A stretch of 64,000 bases of DNA, taken from NCBI RefSeq assembly GCF_024521635.1, contig NW_026250403.1:2852001-2916000 (forward strand), written 5' to 3'. The stretch is from Tricharina praecox (Eukaryota). The notes under the pieces were generated by a model, which was given only the letters and a program-made list of their open reading frames with translations, had not been told where the DNA came from and made no database searches. Positions 12,429 through 24,721 of this stretch are shown here, piece by piece; position 1 is the first letter of the stretch; each line of letters opens with the position of its first letter. The position numbers and the translations under genes are program-made.

Positions 12429-13442
12429 TGTATGTAGTGCTGCAATGGGAGGGGAAGGGAAGGGATAGATAGAATAGATGGGGATGAATTGTGGGAATAT
12501 GTATAATAAAGATGTCAAAACAGCTTCCAACGGGGGCCGCTACCGAGTGCTCGCCAATGACCCTCATAATCCCTCCTCCCCCTCCCCCCATCAGCACGCA
12601 CTTTCGATTGATTGATTGACTGACTGACTGGTTGATTGATTGTTCATTCATTACACATTCATCATCTCATAGTAATTTCCTCCTCTCCAGGAGATCTCTC
12701 CATCTCTCCGTCCTTCCTTCCTTCATTCCTTCTTTCCTTCGTTCCTTCTTCTCCGGCAGTGGGCGGCGGCGGGGGGGTCATAAACCATCATGTATAGCAG
12801 TTAACAGCAAAAACAAAAGCAAAGAGCAGAAAAAAAACAGGCAGAAAAACTCATCGAAGAAGAAAAAACTCATCGAAGAAAAGAAACGAAAAGAAACGAA
12901 AAGAAAAAGAAAAGAAAAAAACGCCATAGTTATCACACCCACTCATCACACCCATTTCTACAACCCCACAAGTCAAGTTACAACCCCACAAAAAGTCCCC
13001 AGAATCCAGTCCAGGTCATCCATCCATCGCACTATCCCCCTGTTTCCCCCACACTTATTGAGCACAACGCCCAACACACAATTCTTTACATCTGGGAAGA
13101 AAAGAAGAAAGGAAGAAAAAAAAGAACACCACCGCATGCAGAATGCAAAGTTTGTCATGCTGATGAAGTCGAAGTCAATGTTTGTTTTAAAAAGAAAAAA
13201 ACGACGAGAAAAAATTGGATGTCAAAGAGGCCTGTACACTACTCTCGTCTCGCAACCCCAAGATAAAAAAAAACCCGCACAAAAAAACGAAGAAAAAAAA
13301 GGGAAGGGGGGATGGGGGTAAAAAAGGAACAAGGAAACAGAAAACGAGTGCGGGGGGTAGTAGTTATAACTCGTAGAACAAAGAAACAAAAAAAAGTAAG
13401 CGGCATGGTGGTTGTGCGTTGGATGTGTAGATACATATCCTA

Positions 13443-16330
13443 TTAGTATTCCCATCCGCCCACCAATCCAGGGCTATTCTCTCTGTGTCCGTTCCCCAGA
13501 TCCAGTCCGAGGCCGAGCTCTAGTTTCGGCGGTGCATCATCCTTCTTCTTCTTGGCCTTGATGGGGCTGGCAGGACGACTGTGTTCGATCCGGGGACCGA
13601 AGCGGACGTCGCCAACGTACCACTCGTCCTCGGATGCCGCACGCACCCACGTCTTGAGACCCTCGTGGACAGAGCTGTGAAGCTTCTCCTTGCACGTGCG
13701 GAGAGCACCGCCCATAGCACGCTCCCAGCCAGAGTTCTTGAGATCCATGCGGAGATCGTTGCGTTCCTCACGGGTAGCAAGGGATGCAACACAGCCGTTG
13801 AGGAGATCCATGTGTACGGCGAGGTAAGACGTTGCCTCCCACTCGACACCACCGACGTGGGCAGCTGCTGGTACTGGTGGCCTTTCCTGCGGAAAGTTGC
13901 GCTCCGTGTATGACACCGACTTTGAGATCGGGGGGTTCACAGGTATGATGTTGGAGCCGTGGAGGAAGATCCAGAACACCTCCTTGGTGACGTTGACTAC
14001 CTCCTTGCACCATCTTCGATACGGTCTGTTGACGTGCGCAACCTCGATAAAGTCCAGCGGACGCTTTTTGGGGTCGGGCTTCTTATCGGCAAGGTAAGAG
14101 AGGATCCTTCGCGTGCGGAGGGGTCGCTGCGATGCTGGGGAAGTCTGGAGATGGACGTAAAGAAGCGAAATGATGATTCCTCGGGTGGTAAACTCCGAGG
14201 GGCCTTTCTTTTCCTCATCGAAGAGCGAATCGAGCAGCCGTGGAAAGATGATGGAGCCCATTTCAGCCAGTTTCTGCAGGGCCAATGACGCTGTGCACTG
14301 TCCCTTCAAACAGAGCAGAAGTTCGTGTAGGATGTTGTCCTCGTGCTCTTCCCTCCATTCCACGCCGAGTACTCGCTCGACCATAGACCAGATAGCCTCC
14401 ATACCGCCTTGCTTCGTGAACGATTCGACCCATCGTAGCGTCTCGTTACGGAGCACTAGCCGGAGCTTGTGCAAAACCGCAACCTCGACATCTTGCATGT
14501 GCTTTTCGTATTGGGGCATCTCTGTATTCTCCGCAAACAACCCATGTCCAAAATTCCTCCTCTTTCCCGCCTCCTTGAGCCACTTTACCCACTCGTCCGG
14601 TTGGAGGGTTGCAATCGTGGTCGGTGATGGCGGTCCATGGCCGGGAATGGCAGAGGTACTGGTTGGCGGAAACAAGTTCTTGCCCTTCGCAAACGGATCC
14701 TCGGCACCGCCCTTTTGTCGTTTCGTGGGCGAAGACGGCGCCGGAACCACATCTTTATCCTTGCTAGAACCGAATGTCCTGCTCCGGGGCCGTGACCTCT
14801 TGCTCGGACTCGCATCGGCGCTATCCTTGCCCTTGGACTTTGGCCGGACGTCCGTGCTCGACCCCGCCGTCTTTGGCCGCTTCCCGAAGATGCCCAGCCC
14901 GGAGGATATGACTGAAACGACTGGCGCCTCCTTGGGAGGTTTCTCCATCTGTTTCTCTTTGTGAATGAACTCCTGTTTTACCCGTACATCCAGCCCCCTC
15001 ATCTTGTCTCTCATGTTTTCCGGTACTCCTCGCGAGTCCTAGTCAAAGGGGGTCAGCGGATGTCTACGAGTGATAAATTGTGAGTACCCACGAGCAGCTT
15101 TTCGAAGGCCCTATCGATACCTTCCAAGTCCAGCCCCGCAGACTGCTTGCCGCTGCCTTTGCTCGAGTGCGATCCAGCCGGAGATTCCTGTGCCTTTTTC
15201 GGTGGATCCGGAAGTAGCTTTTCCTCCGTGCTTCGGTGTTCGTTACTTTTCCTAGGCGCTCCGATCGAGAAACGATTGGACGTCGCCGAGGGGAAATATG
15301 CGCTCTTGGGCCGTGGCTTGGATTCTCGGCCCTTCGAGCTGTCTCTCTCCCTCTGACTTTCGCGTTCGGAAGGCTTGATCAATGCAGGCTCAGCCATGGT
15401 GCCACCGGCGCCAAAGTTCCTCTGACTCTTGGGAGTATATTCCGTCGGCGTGTACCTCTTCATGAGCTCTTCCGTCTCCCGTCTCCGCGAGCTCATGTAC
15501 CGCTCCTCGGACGACATCGACGTCCGTGGCGGGGTTATCAGATGGATTGACGAGTCCGAGTCGTGTGGTGTGAGTCTGGGCCTCCCGTTTCCAGAAGGGT
15601 GGAATTTCGGCGGAGCGAACGATGGTTGTTCGGCTGGGGGTCTTCCTCGGTGATCGATGGCATCCCGTGAGACCAACCCGTGTATACTCCTCGGCGAGAG
15701 AGGGGTAAGAGGTTCCCTCGGCTGTCTATTCTCCTTGTTGTCCTTGATAAACGACTCCGCCACGTCATTCCTGTCCTGCTTCCTCCGCAACAGGTTGATG
15801 TCGATCGCACTCTTGCTCTTGGACGGTTTCTTCGAGTGTGTCGGTTTCTGCGGACTCGTCGATAAAACCTCGGTTTGCGTGCGGTTCGGCGTCATGAGGT
15901 CCCTCAACGCGCCAGAGAGGTCGAAGCTGCCCCTCGACGGCGAAGCCGGCGTACTCGGTGACGCATCTCTCTCTCTGTTCCTATCCTCCTTCCGCGACAT
16001 CATGGACGAGAGGGATATCGACGACATCGACTTCTTGTGCATGCGTTTCTTTCTGTCTTCGCGAGCGAACGGGGCTGACGGCGGTTCCAGGTCGAGCGGA
16101 GGCAGGAGCGGTAGCGACGGGTCGATTGGAGGCAGCTGCGGCGCCGCGCTTCCATTGAACATGTAGGTGTTGAGCGGATTGGACGCGGCAACGTCTTCGG
16201 GGGAAATGGACGCGGACTTCTTGTGGCCCTTGTGCGGCGACACAATTGCCCTCAGTATTGCCGTCTTCGAGCGTTTGTGTCCCTGTGTGTATGGCGTCGA
16301 GGACATCGCAGGCGAATCGTCGGCGGCCAT
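13443..16330 (-). CDS. Formin-type GTPase-binding (Drf_GBD/armadillo) domain protein, Rid1-like, 944 aa, no FH1/FH2
   Basis: Exons 16330-15092 and 15038-13443; intron 15091-15039 GTGGGT..CTGAC..TAG. The junction reads AFEKLL/DSRGVPENMRDKMRGLDVRVK; LHKLRLVLRNETLRWVESF..GG and ELLLCLK are typical GBD/FH3 segments. Confidence 0.8.
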
Positions 16331-17580
16331 GGTGTGCTAGCTGTTTGGGGGTGTGGGGGGGTGTTCCAGCGTGGAGTCGGGCTGTGGTGTTAAGCGGCGA
16401 CAGGTTTCGCGAAGAAGGAGAGTGGAAGGTGATATGACAGGCTTTTTTTTGTTATGACTGCGAGTGCGAGCAGGAGATGTTCGAGTAGGAGGCAGGAAAG
16501 TTGGAAGTTGGTTCTTCCGTGGTCGGTTGGTAGCGATGGCGGGAAGGAGGGTGGGGAGCTGACGGGGGGGGACCAGAGCTTGCTCGCTCTCAGCCCTCAC
16601 TCTCAATTGGCAGAGGACAGACGGGGGTTCGGGGGGTGGAAAATGTGAGGATCGAATGGATTGCGAGAAGGAAAACGACAGAACAGAGTGCCACGCCTCC
16701 TGTCTCCCTTTCGCGCGCGTTTTTTGGCGAGGAAGCGTGTAGCGAGCGAGACGGATGGACTGGCGAGGATTTTGGCGAAGGAGAAGGGAAGCTCTGTCGA
16801 TCAGCAGAAGAGGAGGGAGCGTGCTTGCCTGGGCAGCGAGTACGCGGGTATTCGAAATGCAGTTATTACTTGGGCATTGCAATTTGCGTTTGCATCTGCA
16901 TTTGCTTTTGCATTTGCCTTTGCATTGTTTACGATGCCAGCGAAGCGCCAAAGACACGAGTCGCCGGGGCAACGAAGGCGAGCGGAATGGGAGTGATGCA
17001 ACGTTGGAATACATAACAACACCCATGTCAGGGACTCAGGATACCTCACGCCCGATGCACACGGCGACCGGCTAAGTATGCGGTGAAGAGGGACAAACGT
17101 GCTAGTGATTAGTAGTTGCACTGGACTGGCATACGGATGGTTTACACAGCACCAACGAAGCGGATGCTGGGGAAAACAGGCATGAAAGCGATCTTACGAT
17201 GTCACCTCTGTGCGGGAAGGTGGTAACTGCGGCCATCAGCCACTCGGGAGCCACACTCCTGCACGCGTCATCACTCGCCCGAACAGGAGAGCCGCTGACC
17301 GCATCATCCCGCTGGAGTGTCCGCGTCGCATGCAATTGATGATTAAACAAAAACAAAGCGAAATGCTGGAGTCACGAGTGTCAGTGTTGGTTCCAGCGAA
17401 ACACGTCATTCCGTATATCCGTGGAATGCCGTACGGCTCCCTGCGGACTGGTTCTTCTGCTGCCTGACACTCGCGCGGGAGTCTGTCGATTGCCCGCAGT
17501 GCTGACATTTTTAGCCGATTTGGCCGGCATAATCGCCGACAAGGGAACCCGTATGGATGGAGTAACTGTAATAATAGGCT

Positions 17581-17740
17581 TCCCTCCGTCTCCTTCGAAA
17601 CGGGCCAGATGGTCAGCCGTGAGGATACTTCTCCTCAGTCTCCTTCGAAGCGGGCCATCAGTCGATCAGCTATGAAGATACTTCTCCCAGTCTCCTTCTC
17701 GAGACTAGCCAGTCAGCCATGAAGACAGTTACTTCTCCCC
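17581..17740. repeat. Degenerate ~50-bp tandem repeat x3
   Basis: GTCTCCTTC at 17588, 17638 and 17690, each followed by GCCA..TCAGC..TGA(A/G)GA..TACTTCTCC. Confidence 0.75.
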
Positions 17741-19729
17741 CCACGCACCTCTGGCTCCACTCGACACCGCTCCCCTCTCCTGTTCTGTGACGACACGGGA
17801 AGGCATGACACCGCCGTACCATGAAGCCCCGCCACGACCGCCTCTGATAGGTCATATGCCGGTCCTAGCCCCAGCACTCGCACCCCCTTCCAGACCTTCC
17901 CACATTCATTCGTCGATCGTGAGGTGTCAAGTCAAGTCAGAGCCAGCGGCCAACGGCCAACGGCCAACGAACTAGTCGCCGCTCACCCGCATCCGACGAC
18001 GCCGACGCCGACCGCTACATACGCCGACCACCCCGACCACCCCGCTCAGCCCAGCCATCCGCGATTCCACCTCCACCTCCACCACTCACAACAAAGTCGC
18101 CAGCCATCCCTTACCGTTCATCGCGCTAGGCTCAACGCATCGCTTCCCGTCCGTCGTGTCTCACAACTATTTACCTACACCTTACTTATCATAGTTGTCC
18201 TACATACAAAATAAAACACTGAACAGCTCGTGAATATCCTACCTGCTTTCCTACTCGTGGCCTAACATGTGCAGCGTCGTGATCGGAGTCTCCCGCTTCC
18301 AACGAACTCCGGCATTGAAGTGACAAGTGACAGTACATACAAAACCACCTAGCAGACAGCTCCCACCTCCACCAGCCCACCTCCGCATCCCGCAATCAAG
18401 GAAGCGCGCGATACAAAGTATATACATACAGCGTCTTCAGGTCCCTGGCTAGCATACATATTGGGCGAGACGGTTGACAGATCGACGCCTAGGATATCGT
18501 CGACCGGACGAGACGTCAATGCCGCCGCCGCTGCCGCCGCTGCTGTTTCACGCCAACCATTATTCCGGTCCCGCTCCACCCCCCACCCACAACTGACAGC
18601 AGAAGTAGGAAGTATGTAGGCAGGGCACGACAGAGCAGGACAGGGCAGGGCAGGGCAGGACAGGGCAACAGGCCGAAATGGATTATGGCGCAGTTGGCGC
18701 CGAATAGAAACACCTCAAATGTACAAAGGCCAGCGCCGCTGAGAGCATGTGTACAAGACTGCTCCTCCCAGCCCTTCGATTTCACCTCTCCAGTAGCGCA
18801 CCCTTCTCCTCCTCCCCATTCATGAAACAAACACATCAGCCGTGCGTGCCAGTGCATACTTACCCAGGTATCGCAGCTACCTACCGGCGTACAATTGGAA
18901 ACCTGTATTGCATCTGGTTCCGACGGACGTCGTGACATCCATCCGACATTGACATCAAACCGTTAGATATGTGCGAATAATCCATGGTGAGGTAAGCGCC
19001 GAGCTTGCATGCGTAAGTACGATATTGCTACCCCCCGCCCTCCCGTCTCGAAATCCGTAGTCGAGTGGGCGGTTGCTGGCAATTCGCATTGCCGTCCGGA
19101 TCGCCTGTGTAGTTATGTGGAGGCAAGTGGTAGTTAGCCCCAAGTATTAGGAGGCTACGATATTCACCCTTGACTCGACTCGACTCGGCGATAAACGTGG
19201 ATCCTCGTTTTGCTATTGTCGCTGGAGTTCGTAATTGAAAATCATCTCATGCGGGCACCACCATAATTCTGGCAGCAGCTCTGTACATAGGTCCATCCGT
19301 TCTACGTGAGCTCGGTATCTGGCAACGACATCGATATGTTGATCATACGTTTTTAGGAGGAATCCGAAGATTCCGAACGAGGAGTCTATACTCTACAGCA
19401 CTCGTGCCCGCCGCTTCCTATTCTACAAAATTGAGGTCACATGTGGAACGCGATATATGTAACAATGAAGTCAAATCCAACTGAAATTCACACCCAAACG
19501 CCCCCTCCCTCCCTCCCCAGCCCATCTAACTCGCCACTTTCCACCCACCTCTACCCCTCACCATCCACCCACCTCTACCCCCACCATCCACTCTCCGGAA
19601 CCCCTCAGGGTCCCCCCCTCTCCGGGGCCCGCAGGCCCCCTACGGGACCCGTTAGGGTCCCCACCTCCGGGATCTCACGATCCCCCCCCCCCCCTAGGAC
19701 ACCACCCCAGGCCCACAAGGGTTCAAAGG

Positions 19730-22700
19730 CTAAGCCTTCTCGCCCTTGTAGAGGACCTTCTTGATGACGACTGGAGAGGTGCCCGCCTTGGGAGGCGAGG
19801 CACCTTCCAGGTTACCAAACTTGTCAAGGGCCACAGGGCCCTTGGCAAGCCGGCTGCCATCAATTCTGGCCAGCCTGGCCTGGGTAGGTGAATGCGTTTC
19901 CGCATCGGAGCCGTTTCCGGACTCCAAGGGGGCCCCCCACCGCACGCCTCTCTTCGGCGGTGTCGGCTCCTTCGGCACGAAGCCGGAGCTAGGGCTTTCG
20001 CCCGGACCAAGCTCTACTCCTGTCTCCAGGAGATGGGCCTTGCGCTTCCGCCGCCCATCGGCGGCGGCTTTCGTCTGCAATGCAGCCGTGGGGGAGGGAG
20101 GCCGAGCAATCGGCTTCCTCTCCACCTGCCGCTTATGCGGCGTCGGCATGCAGTTGAGGTTGGTGTTTTTCTTCACCAACTCCTTCCGCTCCCTCTCCAG
20201 CATGGTTTCCCACGTTAGTGGGCCCGCAGGTCTCGGAGCGGCAGGTGCCAACGAGATGGTTGGCGGCCTTACAGCCGCACGACCACTTCGCCGGACGCCC
20301 TCTGTGGCTTGTTTTTTCGCAAGCCCGCCAGAGGGGTCCTCGGCACTGCGTTTCCTCGTCCTGGGACTTGCCCAGGGGCTGGAGGGGGGCACTGCAGACG
20401 CGTCGGATACCAACGGCGAAAACGGTGTCGGAGCTCCCTCCACGGGCGGCAAGTAGACAGCCTCAGGAACCTTTCGTTCGTTTGGTGCCTTTACCATTGC
20501 CCTTGGGATCTATTTTTCCAGTGTCAGCTATTAATCTTCTAAATTCGTCGGGTAAGAGTGTATACCTTGCTCGTCATCGCCGCCTTTGGTATCGGAAGTG
20601 ACGACTTGGGAGCGATTCTGGTTTTCTCATCATGTTTCCTGATGAAACTGTCCAGAACTCCCGAGCCCGTCATCTTCGAGGGCTCCTCACGGAGCGCCTC
20701 GGTATGCTTCCGTACCAGGTATCCGCGCGCTAAGGCCCGTAGGCGGTCCATGGCCGCTTCTGCGGCCATATGGGCGAGCTCGATGCTCGCCCTCCGTCCA
20801 TATCTCCTCCGGGTGAGGGAATCCGGCGCCTCCTCGACGTTCGCCTTCAATCGCTTCTCTGGAGGAGTGGACGGACCGTCCACTCCTGCCAGCGGGACAT
20901 CGACGTAGCTGAGTCTCCGCTTCGGCGATTTACCAGGCGATGTCGAGGAAACGTTCTCCTCGAAGGGACTTGAGGACTCGAGATCACCCACCGACTGCTG
21001 CTCCGGGGTCCCCGGAGGCGAGTTGGCGGGTGCCGGTCTAATCCGAGCCTTCATGGGGCTCGAGGACACGAGACCATCCACCGACTGCTGCTCCGGGGTC
21101 CCCGGAGGCGAGCTGGTGGGTGTCGGTCCAATCCGAGCCCTCATGGGAGTTGGATTCTGCGGCCGCTCAAGAGCGGCCGCACTAACCGGGGGACTCGATG
21201 GAATATCTATTCCATACCCCCCAGCGCCTCTGGCCGGGCTCGAGATCGCGATCCTAGGGGATCCATCTTGGGAGAACAGCCGCGAGGCATGTCTCATCGG
21301 ACTCGATCCGATAAATCTCCCCATCACTTCGGGCCTCAGGCCCGAAGTCTTGATTGGGGAGAAATCCATGGAATTCCCCGTGATCCGCGACTCATCCCCC
21401 GGCCCCCGGGTCTCCTCGTCGCTTTCAAACCCCCCTTCCCAGTCTTTTACGAACCCGGGTTCGACAGCAGCTTGATGTGCTGGGCTTGAAGATCTTCGCT
21501 TCACCGGGCTAGACTGGGAAGAGGGGAGCGAAACCGGCGGGAGGAAGGTCGCCGGGCTGGACGGAATTTCCGTCGCGCGTGGTTTCAGCGGACTGAAAAC
21601 AGGCGACGGAAGAGCAGCCAAATCGACCGAGGGACTCGAAGCTTGCCCAGTCTGTCGCTTGGGAGCGGATGCTCCCGCGACCGGAGTCGCAAACAACAGA
21701 CTGAACCCGTCTGACGATATCTCGTCATAGGGTCGCTTACGAGGACCCAACGGCGATGACATTGCCTGACCCGGCCCCGGGGCCTGTTTCACAGGACTGC
21801 GACCTTTGCCGGCAACCAGCTTACTGGTTGCCGGCGACAGCACCGATAATCGGTGTCCATCTTCCACGACCGAAGATCCCTTCGGAATGGCCAAGATGGA
21901 TTTCACCGATTTCGATGATCCGCCGGTCGCAGGACTGAACACCTTGATGGGTGTACTGGGCTTCGCCGGTGACTTGACCGGAGAATCCGAACCCATAATG
22001 GTGTTCAGTGCCAAGGGACTCCCAAAAGTAGCGTACGGGGTCACCATAGTGACCCCCGCGGGAGTAGACGCTACGATCGGGGTCCCTAATAGGGGATCAC
22101 TGGCCCAGACAGACCGAGGCCGGCTTGGAGTGGCAAGTGGCAGGGGAGCGTCTGCTCCGCTGACAATGCCGTCCACAGCCGGCCTTGGTAACTTGACCGG
22201 GGAAGATCCAGTGTCCTCTCCTCCGTCTTCAAACGAAGACGGGAAGATCTCGTTGTAATTCAACGAGTTGTCCTGCGATGCGATTAGTGTTTGCCAACAA
22301 TTTACAGATCTATGGGATACTTACAGCAACATGCTGACTGACCCCAATGGTATTCTCGCTAGGAGACCGAGGAACCACAGCGGGCGCCTGATCGGTCAGG
22401 CGCCCTTCAGCCGGAGTTGTCACTACCAACTCCGGCTCCACCGCTTCCGGCTCTGCCACGTCTGCTGGCTCCACCGGTTGTGGCTCTGCCACGTCCGGGT
22501 TTGCCACTTCCGGCTCCACGGTCTCCACCGCTGGTTCCACGGTCTCTGTCTCCGACTCCGCCGGCACATCAGCCTCGGCCAGTGGTTCTGGCTGAGGCTC
22601 CACCTCCTCCGGCTTACTTGGCTCTTCCTCGGGGGCCCCGATCGCCTCGGCCGGTTCCGGCTCCTCCAGTTCAACTTCTGGTTCCGGTTCGTTGGTTGGT

Positions 22701-24262
22701 GCCTTCTTCGCAGGCGACGCAACCACCACTTCGAATTTCGGGTCCGTTGACCCATCATCCATTTGGATGTCCTCTTCCGGTTCGGGCTCCGGCTGCTTCT
22801 TTCCTCTCGCAGCTCTCCCCTTCTTCGCCGGAATATCAGCATTGCGTGGTCCCTTCTTCGTAGGAGTCCTTGAACCTACCACTTTCTTCGCAATGACTTG
22901 CTTCGTCACGCCCTTCTTGGCCCCTCGGCCCTTCCCTTTGAGGGCCGCTCCAATTGCTCTCGCATCTTCATCTGAAATCTCCTCATCGTCTTCGCCGGCA
23001 ACGGTATCTGCAGTCCGTGCGGGAGCAACCTTCTTCGTCAAACGACGTGGTGGTGGAGTCGGCGGCGGCGCAGGGGTAGCACTCTTCGTAGAGCGCATTG
23101 AGCGACATGGTGTTGGTGGTGCTGTTGCCGGAGTCGGAGCTCTGATATCGACTCCTGCCTCTTGATCTTGTCCCTCCTCGTTCTTTTCAGTCTTAGATCC
23201 TCGGTCCTTCTTCGCACAAGGTCTCGTAGTTGTAACCGGAGTAGCAGCTCTCTTAGCTCTCCCTTTGGTCTTCGACCCTTTAACATTCTGTAGGTCCTCC
23301 GCCTCCTTCTCTTCTTCAATTTGGGGTTCAATCTGGTCTTCTTCGTCGACCGGCGCTGCAGTATTCTTCTTCGTCCGAGGTTTCCGCGCTTTACTCGCAG
23401 TCTTTGTAGTATCTGTACTCGGAGTAGCCGTAGCCGTACTCGTAGCCGTACTCGTAATTGTAGATGTAGTCTTCTTCTTCGAAGCTTTCGTCGTTCTCGT
23501 AGCAGCCATAGCTGTGGCCGTAGCCGTCGTCATAGCCGTAGCCGTAATCGTGGCCGTAGCCGTAGCTGCCGTAGCAGTAGTTCGAGTCGCACGCTTCTGA
23601 CGCGTCGTCTTCGTCTTCGTCACCGGTTTCTGAATCTGGATATCTTCCTCCGCCTCCTTCTCTTGTTCAATTTGGGTTTCAATTCGGTCTTCTTCATCGA
23701 CCGGCGCTGCAGCAATCTTCTTCGCACGGGGTTTCCGCGGTTTACTCGCAGTCTTTGTATCTGTACTCGTACTCGTAGTTGTAGCCGGAGCAGCAGCTTT
23801 CTTAGCTCTCCCTTTAGTGTTCGACCCTTTAACATTCTGTGGGTTCTCCGCCTCTTTCTCTTCTTCAATTTCAATTTGGGTCTGAATCTGGTCTTCTTCC
23901 TCGACCGGCGCTGCAGTATTCTTCTTCGCCCGGGGTTTCCGTGCTTTACTCGCAGTCTTCGTAGTATCTGTACTCGTGGTCATTCTATCGGTACTCGTAA
24001 TTGTAGATGCCTTCTTCTTGTTCGAAGCTTTCGTCGTTCTCGTAGCAGCTGTAGCCGTACTCGTAATCGTAGTGGCCGTAGCCGTAGCTATATTCGTGGC
24101 CGTAGCCGTATCTGCCATAGCAGTAGTTCGAGTCGCTCGAGTCGCTCGTTTCTGACGCGTCGTCTTCATTGTCGTCATCGGTTCTTGAATCTGGATATCC
24201 TCTGTCTCCGCCTCTGTCTCGGCCGCAGGCGCCTTCCGTGTGGAGCGGCGAGTTCCCTCCAT
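19730..24262 (-). CDS. Uncharacterised 1474-aa low-complexity, repeat-containing, S/T-P-rich protein
   Basis: Exons 24262-22325, 22272-20566 and 20509-19730. Two phase-0 introns (22324-22273 GTAAGT..CTAAT..CAG; 20565-20510 GTATAC..CTGAC..TAG) join the three long ORFs into one frame. Confidence 0.85.
23225..24200 (-). repeat. In-frame 555-bp (185-aa) internal duplication with three copies of a ~40-aa sub-repeat
   Basis: TGAATCTGGATATC at 24186 and 23631; TCGACCGGCGCTGCAG at 23901, 23697 and 23346. The peptide TKTASKxRKPRxKKxxAAPVxEEDxI occurs three times. Confidence 0.9.
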
Positions 24263-24567
24263 TGCACGCGGGTCTTGCTCTCTCTCTGGGGGTGAGGGGT
24301 ATCAGAACTGTCGGGGATTCTCTGATGCGATGCGATTGCGAATTGCGATTGCGATTGCGATTGAGGTATCGAGTGGGCACTCTAGGCGTGGGTATACTTC
24401 TCGTGGATGTATGCGATTGTATCGTACTTTGACAATTGTGTGTTGGCGATGAGTTGCTAACAGTGGGTGCTTGTCGAAGTGTCGAAGTGCAGGTGCGGGG
24501 AGTGGTGAGGAGCGGGAGTGGGAGTGGGTTGGTGGGTTGTGTGGTGTGTGGTGTGTGGGCGTGGCAG

Positions 24568-24721
24568 TCGCGATCGTGGTGCGCGTTGTAAACAATCGCG
24601 CCAAGACCCGTGATCCAACTGATAGACTCGCGCCAAGACCCGTGATCACCCAGCGGATCGACCCGCGTCGACAGCGCACGCGAGCGAGCGAGCGACGCGC
24701 ACTTCACATAATTATTACGCG
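24568..24721 (-). promoter_or_regulatory. Candidate cell-cycle promoter: cluster of MCB-like CGCG cores plus a forkhead site
   Basis: CGCG at 24569, 24582, 24597, 24629, 24664, 24679, 24696 and 24718 (five are ACGCG/CGCGT). GTAAACAA at 24588-24595. 20-bp direct repeat TCGCGCCAAGACCCGTGATC x2. Lies about 300-460 bp upstream of the ATG at 24262. Confidence 0.5.

Noticed and set aside
12632..13321. 229-aa Lys-rich ORF
   Set aside because: A-rich complement of the T-rich 3' UTR between convergent genes; non-ATG start.
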